In this document: positions 11,481-19,983 of the stretch, piece after piece
How positions within the stretch are numbered: position 1 is the first letter of the stretch
Layout: every line of letters begins with the position of its first letter
NCBI GenBank assembly: GCA_051745285.1
Contig: JBNJDX010000006.1
Span: forward strand, 26-64,025
Length of the DNA stretch: 64,000 bases
Direction of reading: 5' to 3'
Origin: Spirochaetota bacterium
Lineage (GTDB): Bacteria > Spirochaetota > Spirochaetia > CAKZLE01
Position numbers and translations under genes: made by a program
Notes under the pieces: model-generated
Told to the model about the DNA's origin: nothing
Databases searched by the model: none
The model's input: only the letters and a program-made list of their open reading frames with translations

Positions 11481-12928
11481 GTGTACTCCTGGCCAACAAC
11501 TGTACCTGAGTCCATCATAATCACACGGTGGGCACACGCCTTGGCAAGATCCATATCATGTGTAATCAGGATAAAGACCTTCGCCCGCTTTTTTAATGTT
11601 GCAGCTATGTCAACGAACTCTCGATAGGAAAGGCCGGAATCCATTTCATCTACAATGCATATGTCACGATCCAACAAATAGTTGATCGCCGCCTGCAGTC
11701 GTTTGCGTGCTCCATAGCCCATCACAGCCGGGGCAGCTTCGAGATTGTCCAAGTGAAATAGTTCGGCCGCTTCTTGAATACGGTGGGCTATCTCTCCTTT
11801 GTCCAATCCCGCCATGTGCAAACCTAAAGAAAGTTCTTCTGCCACAGTTGGCAAAAAGAGTTGGAGATCCGGATTTTGAAAAAGGTAACTCACACTCCTT
11901 AAAAGCTTTCGACTCTCGACCGGGGCAAGCTTTTGCCCGTTATGCAACAGCACCCTCCCGGCCTCGGGCTTTAGCAGACCGCAGAGTATCTTGCTGAGGG
12001 TCGTTTTTCCAGAACCGTTCGGACCGCACAGGGCCACAGACTCCCCTTCCCAGAATGGGAGGTTGTCGATCGAAAGGGTGAACTCTCCATGATACGAAAA
12101 GCGAATGTCTGAGCAGCTGCACACTGGTTCTATATCATAGTCGGGAGCTTCTTCCATGTAGGCTGGCTGCTGTATACCCCCATGGAGCTTTTCATAGAAC
12201 TCTTCACTGGTGCTGAACGTCAGGTCGTCAGAATCCGGATTGCCCGGCTCCAACAGTCCGCAGGCATCTGCTGCTTCTGCATGCAACGTATTATACTTGG
12301 AGGCAAACAGCACCACACTTTTGCCTTCCGTTTTCAAAAGGGAGAGAACAGCTTCCCGCCAGGTACTGTCAAGCTCTTCAAAGGTCTCATCGAGAACCCA
12401 AATTTCAGGATCCACTGCGTACAGGACGGCTAACATCAGCCGTTTTTTCTCTCCCCCGGAGAGCTGAGAGGGATTTGTATGACGGTATCTGACAAGATCG
12501 AACCGTTTGAGGGCTCGTTCAAGCCGAGTTGTTATCTCCTCCCGGTCATACCCCAGATTCTCAAGGGGAAAGAGTATTTCATCCTCACACTCAGACATGA
12601 TAATCTGTTCTTCTGGGTCCTGAGCAACTGCACCAATGTCCTGCAGCAGCTGATACGGAGCGGTATTCAGCACATCAGTATTACCCGTCTTTGTTGCCAA
12701 TTGGATCGTACCAGTTACCCTTCCGCCGAAATAACGCGGGACAAGCCCCCCCAGAAGTCTAGTCAGGGTGGTCTTTCCGCTTTCTGGCTCTCCAAAGATC
12801 GTAATCATCCCTCCCTGTTCCAGCGAAAAAGAAATCTCTGAGAACACCGCAGGTTCTGCAGCCTGTTCGGCAGCTTCTTGCTGAGGGTAGGAAAAACTAA
12901 GATTGTCGACTTGTAATACTCTATTCAT
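11471..12928 (-). CDS. Fused tandem ECF/ABC ATPase (EcfA-EcfA type)
   Basis: 485 aa with two nucleotide-binding domains. Walker A motifs are GEPESGKTT and GPNGSGKTT. Signature 1 is LSGGEKKR, while signature 2 is degenerate (MGYGARKR). Walker B motifs are IWVLDE and ICIVDE. Confidence 0.85.
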   Translation of the reverse strand: MNRVLQVDNLSFSYPQQEAAEQAAEPAVFSEISFSLEQGGMITIFGEPESGKTTLTRLLGGLVPRYFGGRVTGTIQLATKTGNTDVLNTAPYQLLQDIGAVAQDPEEQIIMSECEDEILFPLENLGYDREEITTRLERALKRFDLVRYRHTNPSQLSGGEKKRLMLAVLYAVDPEIWVLDETFEELDSTWREAVLSLLKTEGKSVVLFASKYNTLHAEAADACGLLEPGNPDSDDLTFSTSEEFYEKLHGGIQQPAYMEEAPDYDIEPVCSCSDIRFSYHGEFTLSIDNLPFWEGESVALCGPNGSGKTTLSKILCGLLKPEAGRVLLHNGQKLAPVESRKLLRSVSYLFQNPDLQLFLPTVAEELSLGLHMAGLDKGEIAHRIQEAAELFHLDNLEAAPAVMGYGARKRLQAAINYLLDRDICIVDEMDSGLSYREFVDIAATLKKRAKVFILITHDMDLAKACAHRVIMMDSGTVVGQEYTCK

Positions 12929-12955
12929 GGTGGTGCGTTACCAGCCCCGCAGCTT

Positions 12956-13681
12956 TTACTGCATCCGAATCTTCGAGAACACCTTCTCGGGGATGGCCTT
13001 GAGTTGCTGTTCACTTAGCTGCTCTGTCGGAAGGGGTTCGTGAATAATGAGGTAAACATCCTGCCGAAACTTAGATGATTTCATCTTTTCCAGCAATTTA
13101 TGTGTCCCCTGTATGGTGAGGGGAACAATAACAGCCTTTGACCGGGTTGCTAATTTCAGGCTGCCCTCCTTAAGCTGTCCCACCGTGTCCGATTTGCTGC
13201 GTGTCCCCTCCGGGAAAATCACAAGGGGATGGCCTTGCTTTATACGTTCAACTCCGTCAAAGATGGCCTGGATTGATGAGCGGGTACTCGACCTATCAAT
13301 ATACACACAACCAAGCGCCCGTATCCAGCTACGTAGAATCGGTATCTTCCTCAACTCAACTTTCGTGATGAATCCGACAAGCATCGGCAGATAGGAGACT
13401 AACAGCGGTATGTCTGCATAACTTTGATGATTCGAGACAAAACATATCCGGCTCTCGTCTTTGGGGATATTATCCGAGCCGATCACATGCACTCTCCCGC
13501 CTAATGCACATATAATCCCTTTCGAAAGCAAAACACCATTTACTCTGAGAATAGGGTCAGCCCACCTTCTCAACCCAACTGTGGAGAGAATTGCAGCCGG
13601 GATAAGTCCGAACAACATAGATACGATAAAATGAAGCAGGACATAGCATGCAGCCACTAGTATTTGGATACTCTTCAACAT
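12956..13681 (-). CDS. plsC: 1-acyl-sn-glycerol-3-phosphate acyltransferase
   Basis: ATG 13681 behind GGGAGGA. HX4D motif NHQSYAD, FPEGTRS motif, N-terminal membrane anchor. Confidence 0.85.
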   Translation of the reverse strand: MLKSIQILVAACYVLLHFIVSMLFGLIPAAILSTVGLRRWADPILRVNGVLLSKGIICALGGRVHVIGSDNIPKDESRICFVSNHQSYADIPLLVSYLPMLVGFITKVELRKIPILRSWIRALGCVYIDRSSTRSSIQAIFDGVERIKQGHPLVIFPEGTRSKSDTVGQLKEGSLKLATRSKAVIVPLTIQGTHKLLEKMKSSKFRQDVYLIIHEPLPTEQLSEQQLKAIPEKVFSKIRMQ

Positions 13682-13723
13682 CCGAGTCCTCCCTCTGTCC
13701 ACCGCAGGGCCGTGTTAGGCAGC

Positions 13724-15439
13724 TCAGGAAAAATTATTGCGATACAGTTTCGCATAGATTCCCCCCTGTGACAACAGCTGCTCATGTGTCCCCTGCTCGG
13801 CTAGCCTCCCTTCTGAAAGTACGAGCAGATAGTCGGCATCTTTCACAGTACTCAGCCTGTGTGCAATAACCAAAGAGGTACGATTAACGGCAAGACGTTC
13901 AAAAGCCTCCTGGATTACTGCTTCTGACTCGGTGTCCAATGATGAAGTAGCTTCATCAAAAATGATAATCTTCGGGTTTTTCAGGAACACCCGAGCAATT
14001 GAAATCCGTTGTTTCTGCCCGCCGGAGAGTTTGACCCCGCGTTCCCCCACCATGGTGTCAAAGCCTTCCGGGAGTGATTGGATAAACTCAAGAATATTAG
14101 CCGAAGCGGCGGCAGCATAAATCTCTTCCTCAGAAGATTCCAGGCTGCCGTAAAGAATATTGTCCCGGATAGTGGTGTCAAACAGAAATACATCCTGCTG
14201 AACAACCCCCACCTCCCGTCGGAGAGAACGCTGGGTGACGTCCTGGATATCCTGACCATCTATGTATATGGTGCCCGAATCAGGCTCATAAAAGCGGGGG
14301 ATAAGCGATACCAGTGTAGACTTGCCGGCCCCCGATTCGCCTACAATAGCAACTCGGCTGCCGCCCTTCACCTCTACTGATATGTCTGTCAGGACCTGTT
14401 TATCGTCAGGGTTATAGGAGAAATTGACATGATCATATCGGATTGAACCTTTGTCAGTCACGAGATCCTTAGCATGCGGATCGTCCTGTATATCGGGTAC
14501 AATGTCCATCACTTCGATATACCGTTCAAAGGCAGCCGCTCCCTGCTGAAACTGTTCAGTGAAATTTATGAGCCTGTCAATGGGAGGGAGCACGATCCCA
14601 ACGTAGAGCACGAAGGTGACCAGATCATAGGTTTCAACAACACCACGGCTGATAAGCAGTACACCGCCGGCAACAACACAGAAGTAATAGCTTTCACGCA
14701 GGAAAATCATCCCTGAATGAAAACGTGCCATGACTGAATACATATACTCTTTTGCGTGGCGGAAGATCTTATTGCTGCTCCCAAACTTCTGTTCTTCAAC
14801 CGCCTCATTACCGAAAGCCTTTACTTCACGTATGCCTTGTACCGAATTCTCTACCACAGCATTTATATCTGCTATCTTTTCACGGACCTGTCTGAACCCC
14901 TGCCGCATTCGTTTGCCGTAGGTCAAACCCCACAAGAGCATAAGGGGAAGAGGCAGCAGAGAAATGAGGGCCAGAGGGACACTATAGGTAAACATGAATC
15001 CATAGGCAGAGAGAATAACAACGAGAGATATAAGCAGGTCCTCAGGGGCGTGATGGGCAACCTCAGCGATCATGTTCAAGTCGTTGGTGATCCGGGACAT
15101 CAGATGCCCGGTCTTTACATTGTCGTAGTAGGTGAACGAGAGCTTTTGGAGATGGGTAAAGACATCGCTGCGCATATCCGCTTCCATCCTGACACCAAGG
15201 ATGTGCCCCCATTTTATCCGGATGTACGTGGCAAAAGCTTTGGCAGCATAAATCCCAACCATGATGACCAGAATGACCACAATACTCTGAATGTTTTGTT
15301 GAGGGATATGAGTTTTCAACAACTCCCGGGTCAAAGAGGGGAACAGCACGGCCAACAATGAAGCTGCTGAGGCAACAGCCATATCAAGAATAAAGAGTTT
15401 TACATGAGGCCGGTAGTACGCAATAAAACGTTTTAACAT
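13724..15439 (-). CDS. ABC exporter, fused permease-ATPase half transporter (MsbA/multidrug type)
   Basis: 571 aa with an N-terminal 6-TM domain. GESGAGKST, LSGGQKQRISIARV, IIIFDEATSSLD, IAHRLST. Confidence 0.9.
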   Translation of the reverse strand: MLKRFIAYYRPHVKLFILDMAVASAASLLAVLFPSLTRELLKTHIPQQNIQSIVVILVIMVGIYAAKAFATYIRIKWGHILGVRMEADMRSDVFTHLQKLSFTYYDNVKTGHLMSRITNDLNMIAEVAHHAPEDLLISLVVILSAYGFMFTYSVPLALISLLPLPLMLLWGLTYGKRMRQGFRQVREKIADINAVVENSVQGIREVKAFGNEAVEEQKFGSSNKIFRHAKEYMYSVMARFHSGMIFLRESYYFCVVAGGVLLISRGVVETYDLVTFVLYVGIVLPPIDRLINFTEQFQQGAAAFERYIEVMDIVPDIQDDPHAKDLVTDKGSIRYDHVNFSYNPDDKQVLTDISVEVKGGSRVAIVGESGAGKSTLVSLIPRFYEPDSGTIYIDGQDIQDVTQRSLRREVGVVQQDVFLFDTTIRDNILYGSLESSEEEIYAAAASANILEFIQSLPEGFDTMVGERGVKLSGGQKQRISIARVFLKNPKIIIFDEATSSLDTESEAVIQEAFERLAVNRTSLVIAHRLSTVKDADYLLVLSEGRLAEQGTHEQLLSQGGIYAKLYRNNFS

Positions 15440-15447
15440 AGTAAAGT

Positions 15448-17271
15448 TTATTCTTTCCGTTTCAGCAGTTTGGAAAGAAAGTCAGGTTTCTTTTTCTTCT
15501 TTCCTCCGGTTTCAGGTTGTTCTGAGGTTTTCTGCCCTGAATCCTGACTCTCAGACGGTTTATTGGGCGACTGTGTACCAGAGGCATCTTTACCTGGCTT
15601 GTGTTTCCTGTTCCTGGAGTTATCACCGGCACCCTCTTTGCTTTCTGTCTCGAGTCCCCCACCATATTTTTTCTTATAATAGGCAACCCGCTGCTCAAAC
15701 GACAAATGTTCTATTGACTCCCCGCCTTTCTTTGGCTGCGGCTTTTGTGGGCGCTGTCTCTGCGTATTTGAACGTTTCTTGTCATTGCCAGAGGCGTCGG
15801 TATGTCTTGGGCTACCTTGTTTTTTCTGGCCGGATGGAGCCTGTGATGGTTTTTCACCATTGCTCGTCGGTCGATTCTCAGATACCCTGGGTGCTTTTTC
15901 GCTGCTGTTCTTGCGCCGCTTGTCGTTAGCCTGGGCAGAACCCCCTTGTTTTGATCCGCCCTTTTGCTGAGAGGAACCCTTTTGACGGCTCTGCTGCCGA
16001 CTTTTACCGTCCCTACTCTGGCTCGCCCCTCGCTGGGTATTTTTGGGAGAGAAACTCCTTTTCCCGGAACTCCCGCCCTGACGGCTGGTATTTACAAGAT
16101 CGTGGAATCTCAAGTGGGCGCTTTTATCAGTAACCTTGGGAAGGATTTCATCGTCGATCTGTACAACGGGGATTTTCATCTGGATGTATTCTTCCACCGC
16201 TTCCAGTCCATAGACAAATTGCTCACAGGCCAAAGTTATGGCCAGTCCACTATTTCCCGCTCTTGCTGTCCGACCAACACGATGCACGTAATTTTCAAAA
16301 TCCTCGGGCACATCGTAGTTAACCACTAACTGGAGGCCTTCTACGTGCAACCCTCTGGCGGCGACATCGGTAGCCACAAGAAACTTGATGGAACCCCGCT
16401 TCATTCCGTCAATAACCTTCAGTCGTTTTGACTGGGGAACATCGCCCATCAAAACCTGTGCACCGTATCCGTTGATTTCGAGGCGCTTGGCGACTTCCAC
16501 AGCCATCGACTTGGTATTGGTAAAAATGATGGCATTCTCAGGCTGTTTGTCTGCCAGCAACCGGAGCAGGATACTGAATTTCTCCTGCTTGCTCACATGG
16601 TAGAGCTCCTGTCGAATCTCATTCACAGTAATAGATTCAGACTCGATATCAATCTCGACAGGCTCATTCATAAATTCCCAGGCGAGATTACGGGCTCTGT
16701 TTGACAGCGTAGCACTAAAGAGAAGCGTCTGTCGTGCATCACGTGACTTCATACGTTGGAACATATACTGAATGTCCGGGTAAAACCCCATATCAAACAG
16801 GCGGTCAGCCTCATCGACGACAACAACGTCCATTTTTTCAAGCGGAATCTTTCTTGCTTTACTGTAGTCCATCAGTCTTCCGGGTGTTCCGATGTAGAGG
16901 TTAACGCCCTTATTCAACTGCTCATCCTGCTCCTTGTAACCAATACCTCCGTAAAATGTACCGATTTCAAGTTCAGGGAATCCTTTTGCCAGCAAAGTGG
17001 CATCATGTTCAATCTGAACTGCAAGTTCCCTCGTGGGAACAATAACCAGCGCTTTCATCCCTTTTTTGTCAGCTGCTTTTGCAAAACGTTCTAAAATGGT
17101 TATTAAAAATGCGGCAGTCTTGCCTGTTCCAGTCTGTGACTGAACCAGGACATCTCCGCCTTTAAGGGTCTGTTCAAAAACCTTTTCCTGTACAGGCATG
17201 CAGTCTTCAAATGCTGCCGCCTCAATCCCCGTTCGGGTCTGGGGTTCTAATGGTAATTCACTAAATTTCAT
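15448..17271 (-). CDS. DEAD-box ATP-dependent RNA helicase with long basic low-complexity C-terminal tail
   Basis: 607 aa. Motifs: Q-motif region, SQTGTGKTAAF, PTRELA, TPGRL, VVVDEAD, SAT, HRVGRTARAG. The last ~200 aa are rich in K, R, Q, S and G. Confidence 0.93.
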   Translation of the reverse strand: MKFSELPLEPQTRTGIEAAAFEDCMPVQEKVFEQTLKGGDVLVQSQTGTGKTAAFLITILERFAKAADKKGMKALVIVPTRELAVQIEHDATLLAKGFPELEIGTFYGGIGYKEQDEQLNKGVNLYIGTPGRLMDYSKARKIPLEKMDVVVVDEADRLFDMGFYPDIQYMFQRMKSRDARQTLLFSATLSNRARNLAWEFMNEPVEIDIESESITVNEIRQELYHVSKQEKFSILLRLLADKQPENAIIFTNTKSMAVEVAKRLEINGYGAQVLMGDVPQSKRLKVIDGMKRGSIKFLVATDVAARGLHVEGLQLVVNYDVPEDFENYVHRVGRTARAGNSGLAITLACEQFVYGLEAVEEYIQMKIPVVQIDDEILPKVTDKSAHLRFHDLVNTSRQGGSSGKRSFSPKNTQRGASQSRDGKSRQQSRQKGSSQQKGGSKQGGSAQANDKRRKNSSEKAPRVSENRPTSNGEKPSQAPSGQKKQGSPRHTDASGNDKKRSNTQRQRPQKPQPKKGGESIEHLSFEQRVAYYKKKYGGGLETESKEGAGDNSRNRKHKPGKDASGTQSPNKPSESQDSGQKTSEQPETGGKKKKKPDFLSKLLKRKE

Positions 17272-17278
17272 ATCGCGT

Positions 17279-17307
17279 ACTATACAGCTTTTTTCACTTT
17301 ACGCCAA
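17279..17307 (-). promoter_or_regulatory. Putative sigma70-type promoter placing the TSS at or next to the helicase ATG (possible leaderless mRNA)
   Basis: Minus strand reads TTGGCG (17307-17302), a 17-nt spacer, then TATAGT (17284-17279). Only 7 nt separate the -10 from ATG 17271, and there is no SD sequence. Confidence 0.3.
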
Positions 17308-17346
17308 CTGTTTTGAAGCGGGGCATCGGAGCAGCTGAACTGCCGG

Positions 17347-17970
17347 TCAAAGTTGTGCTCTTGTTGATAACGAGCAGGGACCGCACGCGCGTCGCAAACT
17401 GGCAAGAAGAGCCGGCATCTGAGTCACTAGCTGTTCGGGGGGGCCTGTCCAGATGTTGTTTCCATATTCCTGCCTGAAAGCTTCTGTATTCAACACAGCA
17501 CGGGCCTTATTCGGAAACAAATGTGCGTGCAGACCTCGGAAGGATGCCGTTGCAAACTGCGGAACATCTTCAGCAAGCCGGTCGAGTATCTGCCCGGGGC
17601 TCATATCTCGTTGGGCAGGTTTCTCCAGATGCATAAGAAACCAGGTGATAATCCCCGGAGCGTTATAGCATAGTTCAACCTTTTTTGTTTTGGCTAGTTG
17701 CTCGTACTCTTGTCCCTTGCTAGGCCCCACTGAAATATCATACGGGTTATATACGCACCAGGCTGCCGCATACCCACCGTCACGGCGGAGTTTTCCGGCC
17801 TCTTTGATGTAGTTCTCAAGAGAAGCTGAGGAAAGATCATACCTCCGGACTGTTACATTGGTGAAGCGACAATCTTTGCGCATCTGCTCAAAATAGTTGT
17901 ATTCAAGCAGATTCGAACACAGAATCAATACTGGTCTTTTTGGTTCAAGTGTCTCATGTTTCCTCGGCAT
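17347..17970 (-). CDS. RloB/DUF4276-like (Toprim-like) protein, partner of the upstream ATPase; catalytic acidic residues apparently substituted
   Basis: ATG 17970 five nt after GGAGGTG, overlapping the ATPase 3' end by 17 nt; 207 aa. Three blocks were read against my recollection of RloB family patterns: VLILCSNLLEYNYF (cf. EG..TE..YF), AAWCVYNPYD (cf. aW.V.D.D), and ELCYNAPGIITWFLMHLE (cf. SNP.FE.WLLLHFE). Confidence 0.55.
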   Translation of the reverse strand: MPRKHETLEPKRPVLILCSNLLEYNYFEQMRKDCRFTNVTVRRYDLSSASLENYIKEAGKLRRDGGYAAAWCVYNPYDISVGPSKGQEYEQLAKTKKVELCYNAPGIITWFLMHLEKPAQRDMSPGQILDRLAEDVPQFATASFRGLHAHLFPNKARAVLNTEAFRQEYGNNIWTGPPEQLVTQMPALLASLRRACGPCSLSTRAQL

Positions 17971-19213
17971 GATTGCCACCTCCTTCGATGAAAGGCGAGG
18001 CATCCGAGAGTATCGGAATGGCCCCAAAAGCTCCCTGCAGGTACAACCGCCTAACATTATCCTGCTTTTTTATATTAAAGTCCGCCAGACTTCGTATCTG
18101 GGTACTCCCGTCAAGTTGTTTCTCCACCAGATAGATTTCATCTAACCTGAGCAGGCCCTCCTCAAGAGCGGTTGAACTCGAATCAGCTGTCAGCAATTGT
18201 GAGGTAGTGTCGGCTGTTATGTCAGCAAACAGAGAATATAATTTCTCCACAACCTTTTCGTGTAGTAATATCCCGAAATCATCAGCAACAAGTACAGCGG
18301 GTCTGTTTGCTGCCAGATAAAAAGCGGTGCCGATCATCGTCAGACGCCTCACACTGACTGGCTCATACTTGAATAGAGAGGCATATCCCCCGCTTGATGC
18401 AGTATGGATATACACAAGTGATGAGGTTTCCCCTCTGGGAAACAGGCGAATATCCCTGATATCGAAAAAGTCCATTGAGACAAGCAGATCTATCACAAAA
18501 CGCCGGAGCTTGTCATCCTGCTGCATGTGCTTCACACAATACTCTTCGCTGTTATCTGACAATCCCACCGGGACCATAATCAACTGCTGCGAAAACCACG
18601 CATACAGATCCTGGAGAGACGTGCTGCCTGCACGGGCAGCGGAACCGAGAAACAGTCTGCCCGCACCCAGCTTTTTCCCAAAACGTTTCTTTTCTCCTGA
18701 ATATGTTTTTCCCCAGCGGTATGTGTAGTGTTCATCTCCTTCCTCCCCATCCGGAGAAAGTTCACGCTCAAACAATCTTCTCAGAGATCGGCCATCCTGC
18801 AGAAAAAGAGATTCTCTATGAACCTTCTGACCGTCTGCCTCAACGGTGTATGTATACTGTCGATACGTTGTTTCCTCTTCTGGAGCAGCTGGAATAAGCA
18901 CCTCAATGGTTATCGAAACAGGCTGAGCCCTAGTCGCCGGATCATATGCAAACGAGGTCCCGTTCAGTCTGGACAGGGGGGCCTTATCCTCATCATCCAG
19001 CACAAGCCGTTGGAGTATTTCCAGGGCCTTGATGCAAGAGCTTTTCCCAGCCCCATTTGCTCCCAGCAAGGCCACCTGCCTGAGGAGACTACTAGTATCA
19101 TCGGCTGCAATGAGGTGATCTGTAGAAAGGCGTTTGTCCTTAACAGCCTCCCATGAGATTGTCTGCGGTGTTTTCATTCCTCGAAAATTAGAAACGGTGA
19201 GTGTAAGCAGCAT
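17954..19213 (-). CDS. AAA_21/ABC-like ATPase (AbiLi / RloA-like)
   Basis: ATG 19213 behind GGAGGAGG; 419 aa. N-terminus MLLTLTVSNFRGM, Walker A LLGANGAGKSS, Walker B-like AVLVADDFGILLHE. C-terminal block SQLLTADSS...LRLDEIYLVEK follows the family layout. Confidence 0.7.
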   Translation of the reverse strand: MLLTLTVSNFRGMKTPQTISWEAVKDKRLSTDHLIAADDTSSLLRQVALLGANGAGKSSCIKALEILQRLVLDDEDKAPLSRLNGTSFAYDPATRAQPVSITIEVLIPAAPEEETTYRQYTYTVEADGQKVHRESLFLQDGRSLRRLFERELSPDGEEGDEHYTYRWGKTYSGEKKRFGKKLGAGRLFLGSAARAGSTSLQDLYAWFSQQLIMVPVGLSDNSEEYCVKHMQQDDKLRRFVIDLLVSMDFFDIRDIRLFPRGETSSLVYIHTASSGGYASLFKYEPVSVRRLTMIGTAFYLAANRPAVLVADDFGILLHEKVVEKLYSLFADITADTTSQLLTADSSSTALEEGLLRLDEIYLVEKQLDGSTQIRSLADFNIKKQDNVRRLYLQGAFGAIPILSDASPFIEGGGNHAEET

Positions 19214-19282
19214 ACCGGAGGCCTCCTCCACTTTTTGTTAACTAAGCGTCTTATGTGTATGGTCCTGTGCGATGCAGGTCTT

Positions 19283-19936
19283 CTAGTTCAGATTGAGCAG
19301 TTTCAAAGATCGCTTATTTATTTCAGTGTGACGCAGCCAGCTATTAAAATCAATCGGTTTCCTGCTGCTTACGTGATTATCACTGGCTATAAAATCGACC
19401 CAACCCTCCCTGATAAGGGACTGGGCGAGCTTGGTATGCAGGCTATTGGCGTTTACCTGGAAGAGAACTCCCATTTCCCTCATTCGTTGGGCAGTATCTG
19501 ATGTTAGTGAAAACCAATTATACCTCTCAACATGAGCAAGTATCACCGACAAGCCGGATAACTGCAGGTCAAATACTCGATCAAGCAGGTACAAGGGCTC
19601 AGTGGTAGGGTTAGTCTCGACAAGCTGGAATTTTTCCAAAAAGGGAATATACTTGCCTATCTCCGCCCCTAAATACAGTTCAGAACCAAGAAAAACCTGT
19701 ATTCCGTAAAAGCTTGCCTCCTCCTCCAGCCAGCGATAGGCTTCCCGGATATTGAGTATCTTTGTCTTGACATAGGGGTCGTGCAGATGTGGTGTGCACA
19801 CTAACGATGTGAAGCCAGCTTGTACGTATTCTTTCAGTGCTGCAGTACTTTCTTGCTTGGACAACGCTCCATCATCCACATCTGGCAAAATATGGGTATG
19901 TATGTCGATCAAAATTCCTCCCCAACCATACAACAC
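19283..19936 (-). CDS. CpsB/YwqE-type PHP-domain protein-tyrosine phosphatase
   Basis: N-terminal metal-binding motif IDIHTHILPDVDDGA and a size of ~215 aa. The track start is GTG 19936; an alternative TTG at 19912 would give the canonical MIDIH N-terminus. Confidence 0.85.
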   Translation of the reverse strand: MLYGWGGILIDIHTHILPDVDDGALSKQESTAALKEYVQAGFTSLVCTPHLHDPYVKTKILNIREAYRWLEEEASFYGIQVFLGSELYLGAEIGKYIPFLEKFQLVETNPTTEPLYLLDRVFDLQLSGLSVILAHVERYNWFSLTSDTAQRMREMGVLFQVNANSLHTKLAQSLIREGWVDFIASDNHVSSRKPIDFNSWLRHTEINKRSLKLLNLN

Positions 19937-19983
19937 TCTGCACGATGAGCTGCTGGATGAGCCTGCCGGAGTCGATACATCGC

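Noticed and set aside
17347-19231. Compositional (GC) anomaly or flanking direct repeats marking the ATPase/RloB-like pair as a recent insertion
   Set aside because: Spot counts of two 60-nt lines gave 45% and 48% GC, not clearly different from neighbouring genes. I found no convincing repeat shared by the 17272-17346 and 19214-19282 flanks. A recent insertion is not supported by eye and needs computation.
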